Shown: positions 1 to 12,488 of the stretch, piece by piece
Layout: every line of letters starts with the position of its first letter
Numbering within the stretch: position 1 is the first letter of the stretch
Notes under the pieces: generated by a model
What the model was told of the DNA's origin: nothing
Seen by the model: the letters and a program-made list of their open reading frames with translations, nothing else
The model's database searches: none
From: Octopus bimaculoides
Taxonomy: Eukaryota
Length of the DNA: 64,000 nucleotides
NCBI RefSeq assembly: GCF_001194135.2
Contig: NC_068981.1
Coordinates: forward strand, 115,391,245 to 115,455,244
Reading direction: 5' to 3'
Program-made: the position numbers and the translations under genes

Positions 1-80
1 TTATATTACAGATAAAGTCTTCTATTAACATAATATCGGAGTCTCATTCATTCTTTTGTTGCCATACTATTACTATTAAT

Positions 81-488
81 ATATATATAGAGATGTATTA
101 TGTATATATATGCATATATATAGATCTATATGTATATATATGTATGTGTGTATATTTATATGTATATATATGTGTATATATATATATATGTATATATATG
201 TATATATATATATATGTATATCTATATGTATATATATATATATGTATATATGTATATATAAATATATATGTATATGTACATATATATATATGCATATATA
301 TATATGTATATATACATATATATATGTATATGTTTATATATACATGTATATATATGTATACATATATGTATACATATATGTAAATATATATACATATGTA
401 TATACATGTATATATATATATATTTATATATTTATATATATGTCTATGTATATATGTATATATATGTATATATATATATATATATATT
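81..488. repeat. Compound (TA)/(TATG) microsatellite
   Basis: Directly visible. Similar tracts at 17720-18200 and 52990-53105. Confidence 0.95.
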
Positions 489-554
489 ATGATTGACCGT
501 TGACTGAACACTATTCAATTTTTTTTCTCCGTGTTTTTCTCCTTGTCTCCGTAT

Positions 555-591
555 TCTTTCTGTTGAAGAGCGTAGCTCGAAACGTCAAAGA
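555..591 (+). ncRNA. Minimal type-I hammerhead-like motif, family 1 (variant core CUGUUGA)
   Basis: TCTTT-CTGTTGA-A-GAGC gta GCTC-GAAAC-GTC-AAAGA: 5-bp stem I, 4-bp stem II, palindromic ACGU stem III, GUC triplet. Lies in a repeat (about 490-669) that recurs at 25422-25549. Confidence 0.6.
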
Positions 592-969
592 CTTTCCGTA
601 TTCCCGAGCGTCATACTAATATATACTTTTGTTATTTACACCACCTGTCCTCGTCTGTTGTTATTATTTNNNNNNNNNNNNNNNNNNNNNNNNNNNNNNN
701 NNNNNNNNNNNNNNNNNNNNNNNNNNNNNNNNNNNNNNNNNNNNNNNNNNNNNNNNNNNNNNNNNNNNNNNNNNNNNNNNNNNNNNNNNNNNNNNNNNNN
801 NNNNNNNNNNNNNNNNNNNNNNNNNNNNNNNNNNNNNNNNNNNNNNNNNNNNNNNNNNNNNNNNNNNNNNNNNNNNNNNNNNNNNNNNNNNNNNNNNNNN
901 NNNNNNNNNNNNNNNNNNNNNNNNNNNNNNNNNNNNNNNNNNNNNNNNTACATATATATATGTATGTAA

Positions 970-1160
970 ATATATGTATATCTGTGTGTGTGCGTGTGTG
1001 TCTCTCTTTGTGACCTCTCCATCACTTGATAACCGATGTTGCTATGTTTACGTACCCGTGACGTGGCCGTTTGGCAAAACACACCGATAAATAAGTACTA
1101 GGCTTATAAAGAATAAATCCTGGCCGCAGTCACATGACCGCAACAGGTGAAACAATAAAA
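970..1160 (+). mobile_element. SINE family A, 3' half
   Basis: GTTTACGT.CCCGT...GGCAAAA...ATAAGTACTAGGCTT. Confidence 0.7.
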
Positions 1161-1206
1161 AAACTGCCATGTTAATGCCGAGCAACGCCGGGTATCTCTG
1201 TTGGTC

Positions 1207-1240
<34 letters not shown>

Positions 1241-2197
1241 CGTGAAAGAGTTAGGGGTTGGGGGTTATATATATATTTATTTATTTATTTACGTCATTTG
1301 TGCTATTGAGAAATAAATGGATGTTACACAATTTCAATCGTATCAATCTTCATCTACTGATATTGTGAAAGGTGTAAATATAATATACTCTCATTCTTCT
1401 GCCTTGTAAATCTAAAACATATGTCTTATATCTGAACGGCCGACGCTTCATATAAGTCCGAATAGCTTTACATACCCAACATATATTATTTCACATGGTT
1501 TGTATTGCTATGCATAATTGACCTTGCTTATTCTTTTTCTTTTTTCCAAAGCAACACCAAGCCAGTGGGGAAACCACAGAGTGATCGGTTACTTGCTAGA
1601 AATAGCAAATAATCTTAACCCTGACTACTGAAAAAGGTCAAGCTTTCTATAAGTTTGCATAATCAGAGGTGAATTAAAGTTATACAACAGATAACATAAT
1701 TCTAATAAGATATACTCACCTAAATAAGAGAGTCTGGTTCAGGGGAATTAGGCCCGAGAAATTGTATAACAATTGCTTTAAATTAAAAAAACAAACAAGC
1801 ATATTCTTGTGATCTGATACTGATTCCCCGTTTTATACATTTGTTTTTAGGAAATATCACCAAACGCTGTATGAAAATCATATGATCATGCATTTTTCAT
1901 CCATCCACCAAATATCACATGATGGATATCTATGGTGTGTGTCTCATGAGGGGGATTAACTGATCATTATTGTTAGAGAAGAATATTCCGTTTTTTTTTT
2001 TCACGTAACATTTTAAATCAACGCAGTTAACTATCGTTACACCCTTCAACCTGACAGCGTTGTAAGCAGCAAGAATCAGACTAAATACCTCAAGACAGCT
2101 CAACGAATCTGTCGACCATCTCAGACTGGTTCTTTATCAAATCAGAAAGAGTGAAAGACAAATTTGAAGTAGTCTGTTGCATACAATATACGCAAAT

Positions 2198-2242
2198 ATG
2201 TGGATTGCGCGATTGTCTATTTCGCTGTGTATCTATTTATGT
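2198..2242 (+). CDS. Possible first coding exon of the ADAMTS-like gene (MWIARLSISLCIYLC)
   Basis: ATG at 2198, open frame to a GTATGT donor at 2243 in phase 0, which matches the phase-0 start of exon 2714. Donor-like GTATGT is common here, so the true first exon may lie elsewhere. Confidence 0.3.
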
Positions 2243-2713
2243 GTATGTAAACAGCTACATATATAAACACATATATATGTGAGCCAATGCACACATCTTT
2301 CTATCTATTTGTTACTCTATCATTTTATATTCACATTGTTACTCTCTCTTTATCCCTCTTTTTAGTATTGATATTTAAGCGGGATTTGAACTCAGAATGC
2401 AAAAATTCGGAATAATTACCGAAATAATTTCATTCAATGCTTAAGCGACTCAATCAACTCACTTTTGTAAGCATTCAGACCGGTTTACCTCTGCAGTTCT
2501 CTCCCTATTCCCGAAGTCATTGACCTGCAGATGTTCAGATTGGACAGGAGGTGTCCATAAATATATCAGGCGTTGTCACTCCATTTTTAACTTGTATATA
2601 ACCTACCTGTATCAATAATAGAAATAAAACAAAAAACAAAAAAAATATATATTAATGAAAATGAATTTAAAATAACAAAATATATTCAAATATTTCTTTT
2701 CATCAACTTTCAG

Positions 2714-2789
2714 ATTTTACTGATATGGCTGATTGGACTATTGACGGTATTACATGCTTATGGCATTCCTGGAACTGATCATGTACAAG
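2714..2789 (+). CDS. Signal-peptide exon of ADAMTS/M12B-family metalloprotease (ILLIWLIGLLTVLHAYGIPGTDHVQ)
   Basis: TTTCAG acceptor and CAAG|GTAAAT donor. Hydrophobic signal-like peptide. Ends in phase 1 with G, which joins AT of exon 21779 to give an Asp codon (HVQ-D-YELTYP). Confidence 0.75.
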
Positions 2790-3448
2790 GTAAATTGTCG
2801 TATTCTTTCGAAAGTTCTGACTGCTCTTGTGAGAGATATAACAGTTTCTGATACAAATTTTACACGTCATTCGTGTGACATGTACTGGAGAGGGTAATTA
2901 GTAGATTTTAGTCTTTTTTATACACCATTATGGTACCTGCATTAGTTTCGTTATGCTCAAGTTCTCTGGCTTTACGTTGAGTTTTAGCTGTTGGAGTAGG
3001 TCATCAAACCACAACATCTAGATACCAGCATTCTAATCAGACACGAAAGCAAATTAAATCTAAACACTTAATTTCGATACAGCATAATATTCTTACGAAG
3101 AAATTTTTCCTCTAATTATTGGAAATTTTAAAATGAACTAATGCTCACGATCCAAGGGATGCTATCTTATGTTTAAAAATACCGCGCTACTACTTCTTCC
3201 AAGCGAAGCGAATATATACTCTCATATAATTTCATTTTACCAGTAGCCATTTGTCAACAAATCTGGCAATTACCGCATGTTTCATTAAACTTGGCCCACA
3301 ATCTTCTTTACTGAAGTGTTTTGTTGCAAATAAATAACTATATAACAATATTAATAATTCTCAAATGTATTAAGTGATTTAATTTGCTAAACCTATCAAC
3401 AAACGAAAGATTACACTATATATTATATTTTGATCAGAGTTAACCTAC

Positions 3449-3451
<3 letters not shown>

Positions 3452-3488
<37 letters not shown>
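3452..3488. repeat. (GA)n microsatellite
   Basis: Directly visible. A purine-rich tract also lies at 17370-17465. Confidence 0.95.
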
Positions 3489-3489
<1 letters not shown>

Positions 3490-4069
3490 AAAATGTAACG
3501 ACATAAGCATTCTTGATGCTTATATTCTTCTTACAACAAGGCCAGAGTCACAACTCGCATCTCTTCAGTGAATTGTGGTCTTTTCTGAGTAGACCAAAAT
3601 CATAACATCCGGATGCATTCTTTGAACAACATAGACATCACCATAAGTGTGTGAGTATGGGTAGTGGCGTGTATTTGTATGTGCGTATGTATGTAGCATC
3701 ATGCTGTATATATGCAGATGAAAAATGACGGTGATTAGTTTTTTACGAATAGTCTTCAAATCCGTTCTTTGTGTTTTATTGAGTTTTAATTGTGTCAATT
3801 TTAATCTGCATAGTCTTAGTTCGTAAGAATATCAAGAATAGTAATCTAATCAAATTAATTTGATGTAACTTCAAACCAGAAACTACCAATGTGTTACGGT
3901 ATGTCTCGCGTTCAAATCTGGATCTTAGTTTTGATAAGTGGCTGTTTATAATGGCTGATACTCAACAATCTGTCTCATCCGGGTACCGCCATCAGTGAAG
4001 TTTTCACTGACTGCATGCGAATATGCGTGTGTGAGCATATATATCCACACTTATAAATGCAAGCATACG

Positions 4070-4153
<84 letters not shown>
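4070..4153. repeat. (CA)n microsatellite
   Basis: Directly visible. Other (CA)/(TG) tracts at about 6320, 16925, 18405, 31118, 32552, 40075, 55765 and 62800. Confidence 0.95.
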
Positions 4154-4157
<4 letters not shown>

Positions 4158-5144
4158 CATATCAGATATATATGCATTGATGCGTATAAACTTATCTACA
4201 TAAATATTGTTTGCGCAAATTGATCGCACACGCACATGTGTGTATAGAGATTTTGTGTGTGTGTGTGTGTGTGAACTCGCATATACAGGCTGTAGACTGA
4301 AATCAATTTTGGCACAAAAGTACATTTTTTTGTTTAGAGTGGGGAGACGACTGGAAATATCTATTTAACATTTGTGCCTAATACGATTTCAAGCCACAGA
4401 GAAAAAAAAGTTAAGAAACTAAAGAACATGTTTCGAATGAAGAACACAACTTTTTGGGGGTCTTTTCATCTTTTTTTCTTTTCGATGATCTTTTACAACT
4501 TTCTTTTTTTTTATCTATCCTTTTTTTTCTTTTTTCAATTTGGCCCATCAAAAGCTTACTGAATGAAAGGAATAGCTCACATAATTATTATTCTCTGTCT
4601 TTGTGTGTATATGCGTGCATGCGTATATCGGCACATAAACAAATACACGCATATATTGTGCATCTGTTTTTCTCCCTATCTATATTTCTACTCCAATGCA
4701 CCGAACTTTCTCATCAACGGCTCTTTCATCAACGTCCTCTGTTACATATACTTTTTCTCTTTCTCCTCTTTTGTTTTTTTTACTACTCACAAGCTCTTGA
4801 TCTCTTCGGTTCAAAAAGTTGTCTTCTTTTATCCTTATTCATAAAAGTATTCGGGAAGCCATTGTATCAACCTCAGTGCATGCATTTTGTTTACTTTAGC
4901 AAGATTTCCTACAAGTCGTAAATCCATCGAGACCTCAGTTAATACTGCAGAAATGTATTTTGGAAAAAAAACGAGAGAAAGTACTGGAAGTCTAGGGTAT
5001 CGTTTAGGGTACAGGCCATCACTATAAGGATTTTATGTTCAAATTCTTCATAAATAAATTTGACTTTTATTTCTCCTGGCTTGGAAAAAGTAAAAGAATT
5101 TTGTAGTGGTAACTAATGAAGAAGGAACTGGACTCCAACTCCAT

Positions 5145-5343
5145 CAGTAGAATTTAGCACACCGAGGAAAATGCTTTTTATCCGTGTTTGCGTTCTGAAT
5201 TCAAATTCCGCCGAGGTCGACTTTGCTTTTCATCTTTTCGAGGTTGATAAAATAAGTTCCAGTTGAGTACTGGGGTCGACGTCATTTACTTATCTCCTTC
5301 CTCCGAAATTGCTGGCCATGTGCCAAAATGTGAAATCAATATT
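5145..5343 (+). mobile_element. SINE family B
   Basis: Colinear with 58432-58642. Confidence 0.8.
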
Positions 5344-5820
5344 GGTGAAGAGTTACATGTTGAAATGTTTAAAAGTCTTGCTTATAGACTGTTCAGCTTA
5401 TGAACTGGATTTGAACATTTTCTCTCACTTCCTTTGCCTGGAAACTCCCGTTTTCGAGAATACCACTTAAAACATTTGCTAACATGACCAAGTCAATCAG
5501 TGACCGTTAATGTTAATATGGATTTATAATCTGGTTTAAGTCTTTCGGTTTCAAAGCATTTATTCATAAATATTTTCTCGTTGAGATGAGTATTGTTAAT
5601 AAGATCATGACCGCAGCACTATCCCAATAAGACTTCTCATACCACTAACACAACCACCACTGTCATCATCATCATCATCATCATTTGGAGCCAAGTATAC
5701 TAGGACTTTTTAGATTTAAACTTCAGAAAAGCCAATCTTGTAGCCACCCACTTCAACTCAATTATCTGCATGTTGGTTTGTATCTGCAGGTGTTCATGAC
5801 ATATGCGCGCGTATGTGTAT

Positions 5821-5846
5821 ACTAGCTGACGTACCCGGTAATTCCC
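5821..5846. mobile_element. Helitron-family terminus-like motif
   Basis: ACTAGCTGACGTACCCGG, whose reverse ends in CTAGT. A similar motif GCCGAGCAACGCCGGGTATCTCTG lies at 1177-1205. Confidence 0.35.
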
Positions 5847-6314
5847 AGGAAAGCGGGGCTTATCCCTTAGTTCCGTTCTCATAACTGTTTCGCTAATCCA
5901 GTAATAACAATACAAAATATGTAGCCCTTAAAACGGTTTTTGTGCATTTATTGAGGATACCGAACTGTCTTACACAGGATCTTGTTTTTAAAAATTCTCA
6001 ATAAGTTATGAATACCCAAATTGTGAAGTCAGTTATGTAATAAATATGAAATCAATTACCCGATAGTAAGAGTTCAAATAAAGTAGCCCCGAAAAGGGAT
6101 TTAATACGTTCCCAGAGTATATAGAACTTAGGAGGAAATACAAATAATGTATGTATACTAAAATCGTGAAGCATGTTACGTAATAACAGGCTAATCAGGC
6201 TAATCACGTATCAAGTTTCATCAAAATCGAGAAACCGATGTAGGAGGAGTTAGATAACAACGCCACAAACAAAAACACCCACAGATTTCCACATATGTAG
6301 TGGATATACATTAA

Positions 6315-6364
<50 letters not shown>

Positions 6365-8513
6365 TGCGTGTGTATACACACACGTGCATATATTTTTAAT
6401 GTACAGAAAACTGCACACATACACATACTTTTTCTCTTTCTCCTCTTTTGTTTTTTTTACTACTCACAAGCTCAGATAATAACAACGCCAAACGCAGAAG
6501 CATCTCCCTCATTCAATGAAATTGCGTTATTAATGGACGAAAGAATCGGTAATGTATAGAATAAAATATAAGAAATATAAGATGTAGTAGTTAGTAACAC
6601 TCTTTACATTCTGCAATCAAATGCAGCGAGATTAAGTTTGTCTTTTATCCACCTGGGCTTCATAACATACGCTTTAGCTAAACGCTGTAGTCTATAACCT
6701 TCCCCACATTTTGTCATTTTGTGCCAATATTAGGATTTTTCAATAAATAGATACCATTTCTAACAGAATATATACCATAATTAATCTGTGTTGATGTCCT
6801 GACATTCAGACCTATAGTCTTTTTCCTAAGAAAAAAAAATACTCAATAACATTATTTAATGTATCCCATTTTATGACTTGAGTGCGATACGAAAATGCTA
6901 TTGCTATTTTTAGCATGTCAAACAATTACATAGAAGCTTTCTCATTGGCTTAAATTATCTTCGTGTTCGTATATGGCAACAGCATATATGATATACAAAA
7001 AGATAGACGAATATCTTAGTGTTAGATGTCTCAGTGAACTAATGTGAAGATCTGGATAGATTCTTTCTTGTAGTCATTTTCAGTTCCCCTTTCATAAACA
7101 TTGTAAGATCTAATCTATCCTCTGGGAGTTGCTTCCATAGACATAAGATTTAATTTTCAGATTGGAGATATAGCAGATTTAATCAACCAGGTATATATTT
7201 TTCCTGCATATCTTGGAGTCTTACAAAAGACGATAAGTAAGTTTTGACTCTTGCAAGGTTTGATCTTATAATCTAGAGGTTAGAAAATAAATTCCATTTT
7301 CGTTGCGCCCTACATAAAACACAACAATTATCTATAATATTTTTCTGCTTGTGATGACATTTGTTCGAGTGTTATCTACCTTAACTATGGAACAAAATGA
7401 AAGCCATAATCGAAATTTTTCCCGTAACAAAATAAAGTTATGCAGATCTACAAATTTATGAGCCAAAACAAATAAGAACAATGTTATCGATAAAACCTAG
7501 AAGAAGTTGCTTCTTTTCCATTCACTTTCGTGTACGTAGCTTTGACCAGGAGGAATTGAAGTTAGCAGACAGTATCCAACAATCATCGGGTGTTTCGATC
7601 TGGAATCGTAACGTCCTTCTGTTGGTGGTTCAGCAGTGGTGGCCAAATCTCCTCATGTCTGCTAGCTTTATACTTTCCCCTTGCCCCATAACTAGCAAGT
7701 GGTTCTTTCTGCTGCCTCTCCCATCCTACGCACAACCACCCATTGCTCTTCTAATTGCAGGAGGAATTGAAGTTATCAAGCAGTATCCAACGATCGTTAG
7801 ATGTTTCGACCCTGAACAGTAATACCCTCCCGTTGGTGGGTCAGCAGAGGTGGTCAAATCACTGCTCAACATCTCCTCCTGGCCTCCATCTTAACTCTTT
7901 TCTCTTGCCCCATAACCAGCAAGAGGTTGCTTAAAATTTCCAGGCACCACACTAATATTTAAATCAATGTTGATAGCAACGGTAGAAAGTGATATACGAA
8001 TGGTCGGGACGAAATACTGTTCTCGTTCACCCACTACAAAGAAAATTGGCTTTATGCCTAGTCAAACATCTAAATTCTGTTTGAGAAAATTGAACTAGCA
8101 TAAGTTGCATAAAACACTGTTTTAACTGTTTCACAATAAGTCGATATCTTTGTTTCAAACGCCTACTTCTTTGAATTTTTTTTTATCAAATTTGAAGTCG
8201 ATAAATGAACAAGTAGTAAATAGTGCAGAAACTATTGATTCGATTATATCTCGTCACTTACAAAAATCGACAACCGTACCCCTGCTGTTTCTATGAAGGC
8301 CATACACATTTCTTCGTCCATCACCCCACTTTCATATTCTCTTACACCATCGTCCAGATCTCTTTGAGAATCATTTCCTGTAAAGCGTCTGTCTTTTGAG
8401 TCATATTGATACAACTCTGTCATTGACTCCTGGTTACCGGAAGTAAACCTCTGAAAAATATGTTATCTTTGGTGTCAAAGATAGTACATGTTTAGAGCCG
8501 TGTTAATTTTACA

Positions 8514-8515
<2 letters not shown>

Positions 8516-8550
<35 letters not shown>

Positions 8551-8625
8551 GCTGCTGCCGCTGCTGCTGCCGCTGCTGCTGCCGCTGCTGCTGCCGCTGC
8601 TGCTGCCGCTGCCGCTGCTGTTGCT
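8516..8625. repeat. Compound (CTA)n + (CTG)3CCG repeat
   Basis: Directly visible. Confidence 0.9.
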
Positions 8626-8633
8626 GAGTAATA

Positions 8634-8665
<32 letters not shown>

Positions 8666-8735
8666 NNNNNNNNNNNNNNNNNNNNNNNNNNNNNNNNNNN
8701 NNNNNNNNNNNNNNNNNNNNNNNNNNNNNNNNNNN

Positions 8736-8766
<31 letters not shown>

Positions 8767-9199
8767 ATGCATCAGAAATCTGCTGATAGTATTACTTCGC
8801 ATAAAATCTACACATGCACATTTTTTTATTCGGATCGGTTTCGGTAATGAGTAACCCAGTTATTCGCCCAGATGAATTACCCTCATATTGTATTGTTGTG
8901 TAAACGATGTAGTTATTTCACATCCGCGTAATCCACTGGTAGAATCGACATGATACATGTAGGTAGATACAACCCGATAAGTTTCCATTATTTCTGTCTT
9001 TTACTCACAAGGTCTTGGTTGCTTGATACTCTGGTAAAAGCACTTACCGTAGATGACAGACAGTAGAATCGAACCCAAAACTGCATGATTGCGAAGCAAC
9101 TCCTTAAGTTGAAAAAATATGTACAGAATGACATTCTTGCTCTCATATACACTGACATGCAAACGTACATAAATTTAATTTGAAGTATTGTATATTAGG

Positions 9200-9455
9200 G
9201 TAAAGAGCCCCTCGGTCACGAATAACCATGCGATTGCATCTAGAAAGTTACCCTCAGAGGCGCAGGTCCGGTCAAGATTATTTATTAAAGACCAGCAGTC
9301 ATCCATGCATACCAGCCTCCTCTCTCCACGCCACCGCTGTTATTCAAAGGAAAGGCAAAGGCTGATACAACTTGGCACCAGTGATGTCGCAACTCATTTC
9401 TACAGCTGATTGAACTGGAGTAACATGAAATAAAGTGTCTTGCTCAAGAGCACAA
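9200..9455 (-). mobile_element. SINE fragment with V-domain-like core
   Basis: Minus strand TTGTGCTCTTGAGCAAGACACTTTATTTCA..TT.CTCCAGTTCA.TCAGCTGTAGAAATGAG resembles the V-SINE central domain (recalled, not searched). Confidence 0.55.
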
Positions 9456-9484
9456 TGACACACACATGCACGCACACATATATG

Positions 9485-9652
9485 TATATAAGACGGGCTT
9501 CTTTCAGTTTCCGTTTACCAAATTCACTCACAAGGCTTTGGTCGGCCCGTGGCTATCGTAGAAGATACTTGCTCAAGGTGCCACATAGTGGGACTGAACC
9601 CGGAGCAATGTGATTGGGAAGCAAGTTTCTTATGACACTGCTCCGCCTATGC
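9485..9652 (-). mobile_element. SINE family A, 5' half (tRNA-like head)
   Basis: GACGGGCTTCTTTCAGTTTCCG...GGGACTGAACCCGG. An older similar head lies at about 8985-9110. Confidence 0.75.
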
Positions 9653-10879
9653 CTACCCCACCCCACCGATAGTAATCTTTCGGATTATTCACGATAAAAA
9701 AGAAAAATTCGAAGGAAAAAATATGAACGTTCCATTACAATCAGTTGCTTTATTTACAGATGTGTACATATCTCAACCTAGATTCGAACTACAGACCATT
9801 ATTTCTAAAACTAAGATTATTTACGTCCTTGTCACTGCACGTGTATCTACGTGACAGAATCGGTGAGAATGTGAGGAAGTTTCTCGCAACTTCAAAGTGA
9901 ACTGAACATATGTGATTTTTTGAAAACATGAAAAAGGGTTGCTGAACAAACCCTCCTAGTTATCTCATACACAAATCAGAGCATGCAGAAGCGAAGTTCT
10001 TTGTTGCAAAGAAGACCCTGGCCATTGAAAGATTGAGATGACTACATAACATAATATAGTCGGCAGTCTATTGAGGTTTGATGAACTTTCATATTGTGAT
10101 GTTAGCATTTTATTTACTTACTTTACTTTACATTTCTTATTTTGCGCCGTCCTGTCTTGTCATGTCTCGATAACGTGTTTTCTACCATTTAACATGGCTT
10201 ATATTACAGACAATATATAAGACGAAGTCGTATAATGTTGTATGTATTGTGTTACAGCAACGGCATTAATAATAAAACAACAAACAAATGTGATCAAGAG
10301 CCATGAACCCGCTTAATAGAGATCCAAGATAAAAGTGTTTTTCTTTTCTAATCGACAAGTAGTGTTAACATCTTCAGCAATGACAAAAAATATCAGCAGC
10401 AGTAGCAATTACAACTACCACCACCACAGCCAAAACGACCGATGATAAGGTTGGTAAGTTCTTTAATTGGTTGGCATGGGACATGAAATTTATGTTGGGA
10501 GTAACCTGCGAAGTTCATACTTTTCATAAGCAGCAATAATAATTCCGAGAGAAGCAATGAAAGTCAATAACCGCAACTAATGACACAAACAAGCAAATTA
10601 AAGATGATAGTGATAGAGAAAATATGCAGAAGTGTTAATGCTACGTATAAAGCAATGCGCAGTAAAAACAAAGAAACGTATATCTTACAGCCAGAGAAGA
10701 GTTATACACCAGTATGCAGTTTCATCTTTTCAACAAAGTTAGTGATGCCATAATATAAGCAAAATTAATTAAAAACAAAGGCATTTGTCTGTAAAAGTAG
10801 AGCGATTTCATGGACAATTAGAGAAAAATAACATGTAATTACACCTTGATTTTGGGAATTGGTCGTGTATAGGAGCTGC

Positions 10880-11165
10880 TTCTTCTTGCTTTCTACTTCA
10901 TGCTCTTGCTCGATGGGGCTGGGATCATCCCAGATTAGACGTCATCATGTATAGAGCCGACTAGTTCCACCAGTGCTCTCTATCGCTGGCAGTCCTATGT
11001 CAGTCTTTCACCATCCTCCAGAGTGATGTCAAGTATCCGGAGATCTTCCTTAATCACGTTCAGTCATTTGGTGAGGGGTCTGTCACGAGGCCTCTTCCGG
11101 CCCGCAGCTGCTGCGTCAAATGAGAGTAAAGCTCTGTTAGGATGATCTAGCGTTCGACGGAGGAC
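10880..11165 (-). mobile_element. RTE-like LINE C-terminal remnant
   Basis: Minus-strand translation HVLRRTLDHPNRALL...GRKRPRDRPLTK*LNVIKEDL resembles the RT C-terminal R.RGRP..W...I..DL block. Confidence 0.55.
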
Positions 11166-11915
11166 GTTGGAAATAATCAACTGTGTAAAAGAGATTTGAA
11201 GAAAAATAAGGAGTGGATTCTAATTGGTGATATGAATCAGCAGGCACGAACTAGCAAAGGAGCATATGCATTGATGTTGGATACCAAAAAATTACAGCCA
11301 ACTTTCTCTCACACTAGACGCCACAGTCTTAAACAGAGGAACGAGAGATTATATAATGCAGTTATAGGTAGCCTTGAAAATATGGAATAGTCACAAGGAA
11401 ATCTTTGGCTGTGAAGCTGCTCATTCATGGTTAATCAAGGGATTAAAAAGTAGTCAATAGAGATTTAGATACAAAATTTAAAATATATTTAGGAAATATA
11501 ACAGAAAGATTCATTATCAAAATAAATAAATATAATGAATAATAAACGAGAACGAAGCAAGGTATTTAAGCGAAGTCATTATGCATCAGACAATTTGAAA
11601 CATGTGAATGTTTCGTAACGTACAATAAATTATTTGAAGAAGCTCGAAAACTAAATACAACAGAAGTAATAGATATGCCTCGAAAGCCAAAAGAAAAAAA
11701 TTGGAAAAGATTGGTCACTCACATATCAATGAGCTGCATGTAAATAGTGCAAAAAATATATATAAAAAAAAACTCATACTTCAATAGCTGTTTCAAATTA
11801 GAAACATTTAGAAGAATGTAATATATAATTACAGTAGAATAATATAAGATATTCAACTGAAAGCAAGGCTCATATTTCTGAATTTGCTTGATAAGAAGAC
11901 AAAATGTGTTTCTGT

Positions 11916-12135
11916 ATATTGGCTTCAAATTTTGGGCACAAGACCAACAAGTTTGGGGAAGGGGATTAGTCGATTACATCGACCCCAGTGCTCAACCGGT
12001 ACTTATTTTATCGACCCAGAAATTATGAAAGGCAAAGTCGACCTCGGCGTAATTTGAACTCTGATCGAAAAGACGGACGAACTAACACTAATCATTTTGC
12101 CCAATGTGTTTACGACTCTGCCAGCTCGCTACCCT
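11916..12135 (-). mobile_element. SINE family B
   Basis: Colinear reverse copy. Confidence 0.8.
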
Positions 12136-12488
12136 TGTTTGTATTTCTGTACATTAGAGAGTTATCTGATATCCAATGTTAAAGTCTATAACTTCCTGGT
12201 AAAGTCTGAAAACATACACATGTTGTCTTCCCGTGTGTATATTTGCTTTTCTGACTTGAGAAACTTATTTAAATCAAAAGTGGTTAATCTCAAAAGATTT
12301 CTTGTATCTAACCAAAGTAACACGTAATATCATTGACAACGGTATCGATGATAAGCTAAAAATCCACAGAGAAGAGGAAATTCCTTGAAAAATTCGATGG
12401 ACAGATCGTAGATATTTATTACCAGCAATTAACTTATCAGAATTTCATATTTTTATCAACGTACAAACATTATGAACAATATCTTTTT

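Noticed and set aside
93-511. ORFs rich in Y/I/C/V/H/T (also 17637-18574, 3975-4325 and similar)
   Set aside because: They are translations of TA/CA/TATG microsatellites, with no coding signal.
6840-7390. Possible Helitron Pif1-helicase relic upstream of the CTAG terminus at 5821
   Set aside because: No recognisable helicase motifs (such as TINKSQG or HGQLYVALSR) in the translations.
8509-8802. Poly-Ser/Gly ORF
   Set aside because: Translation of a triplet repeat across a gap.
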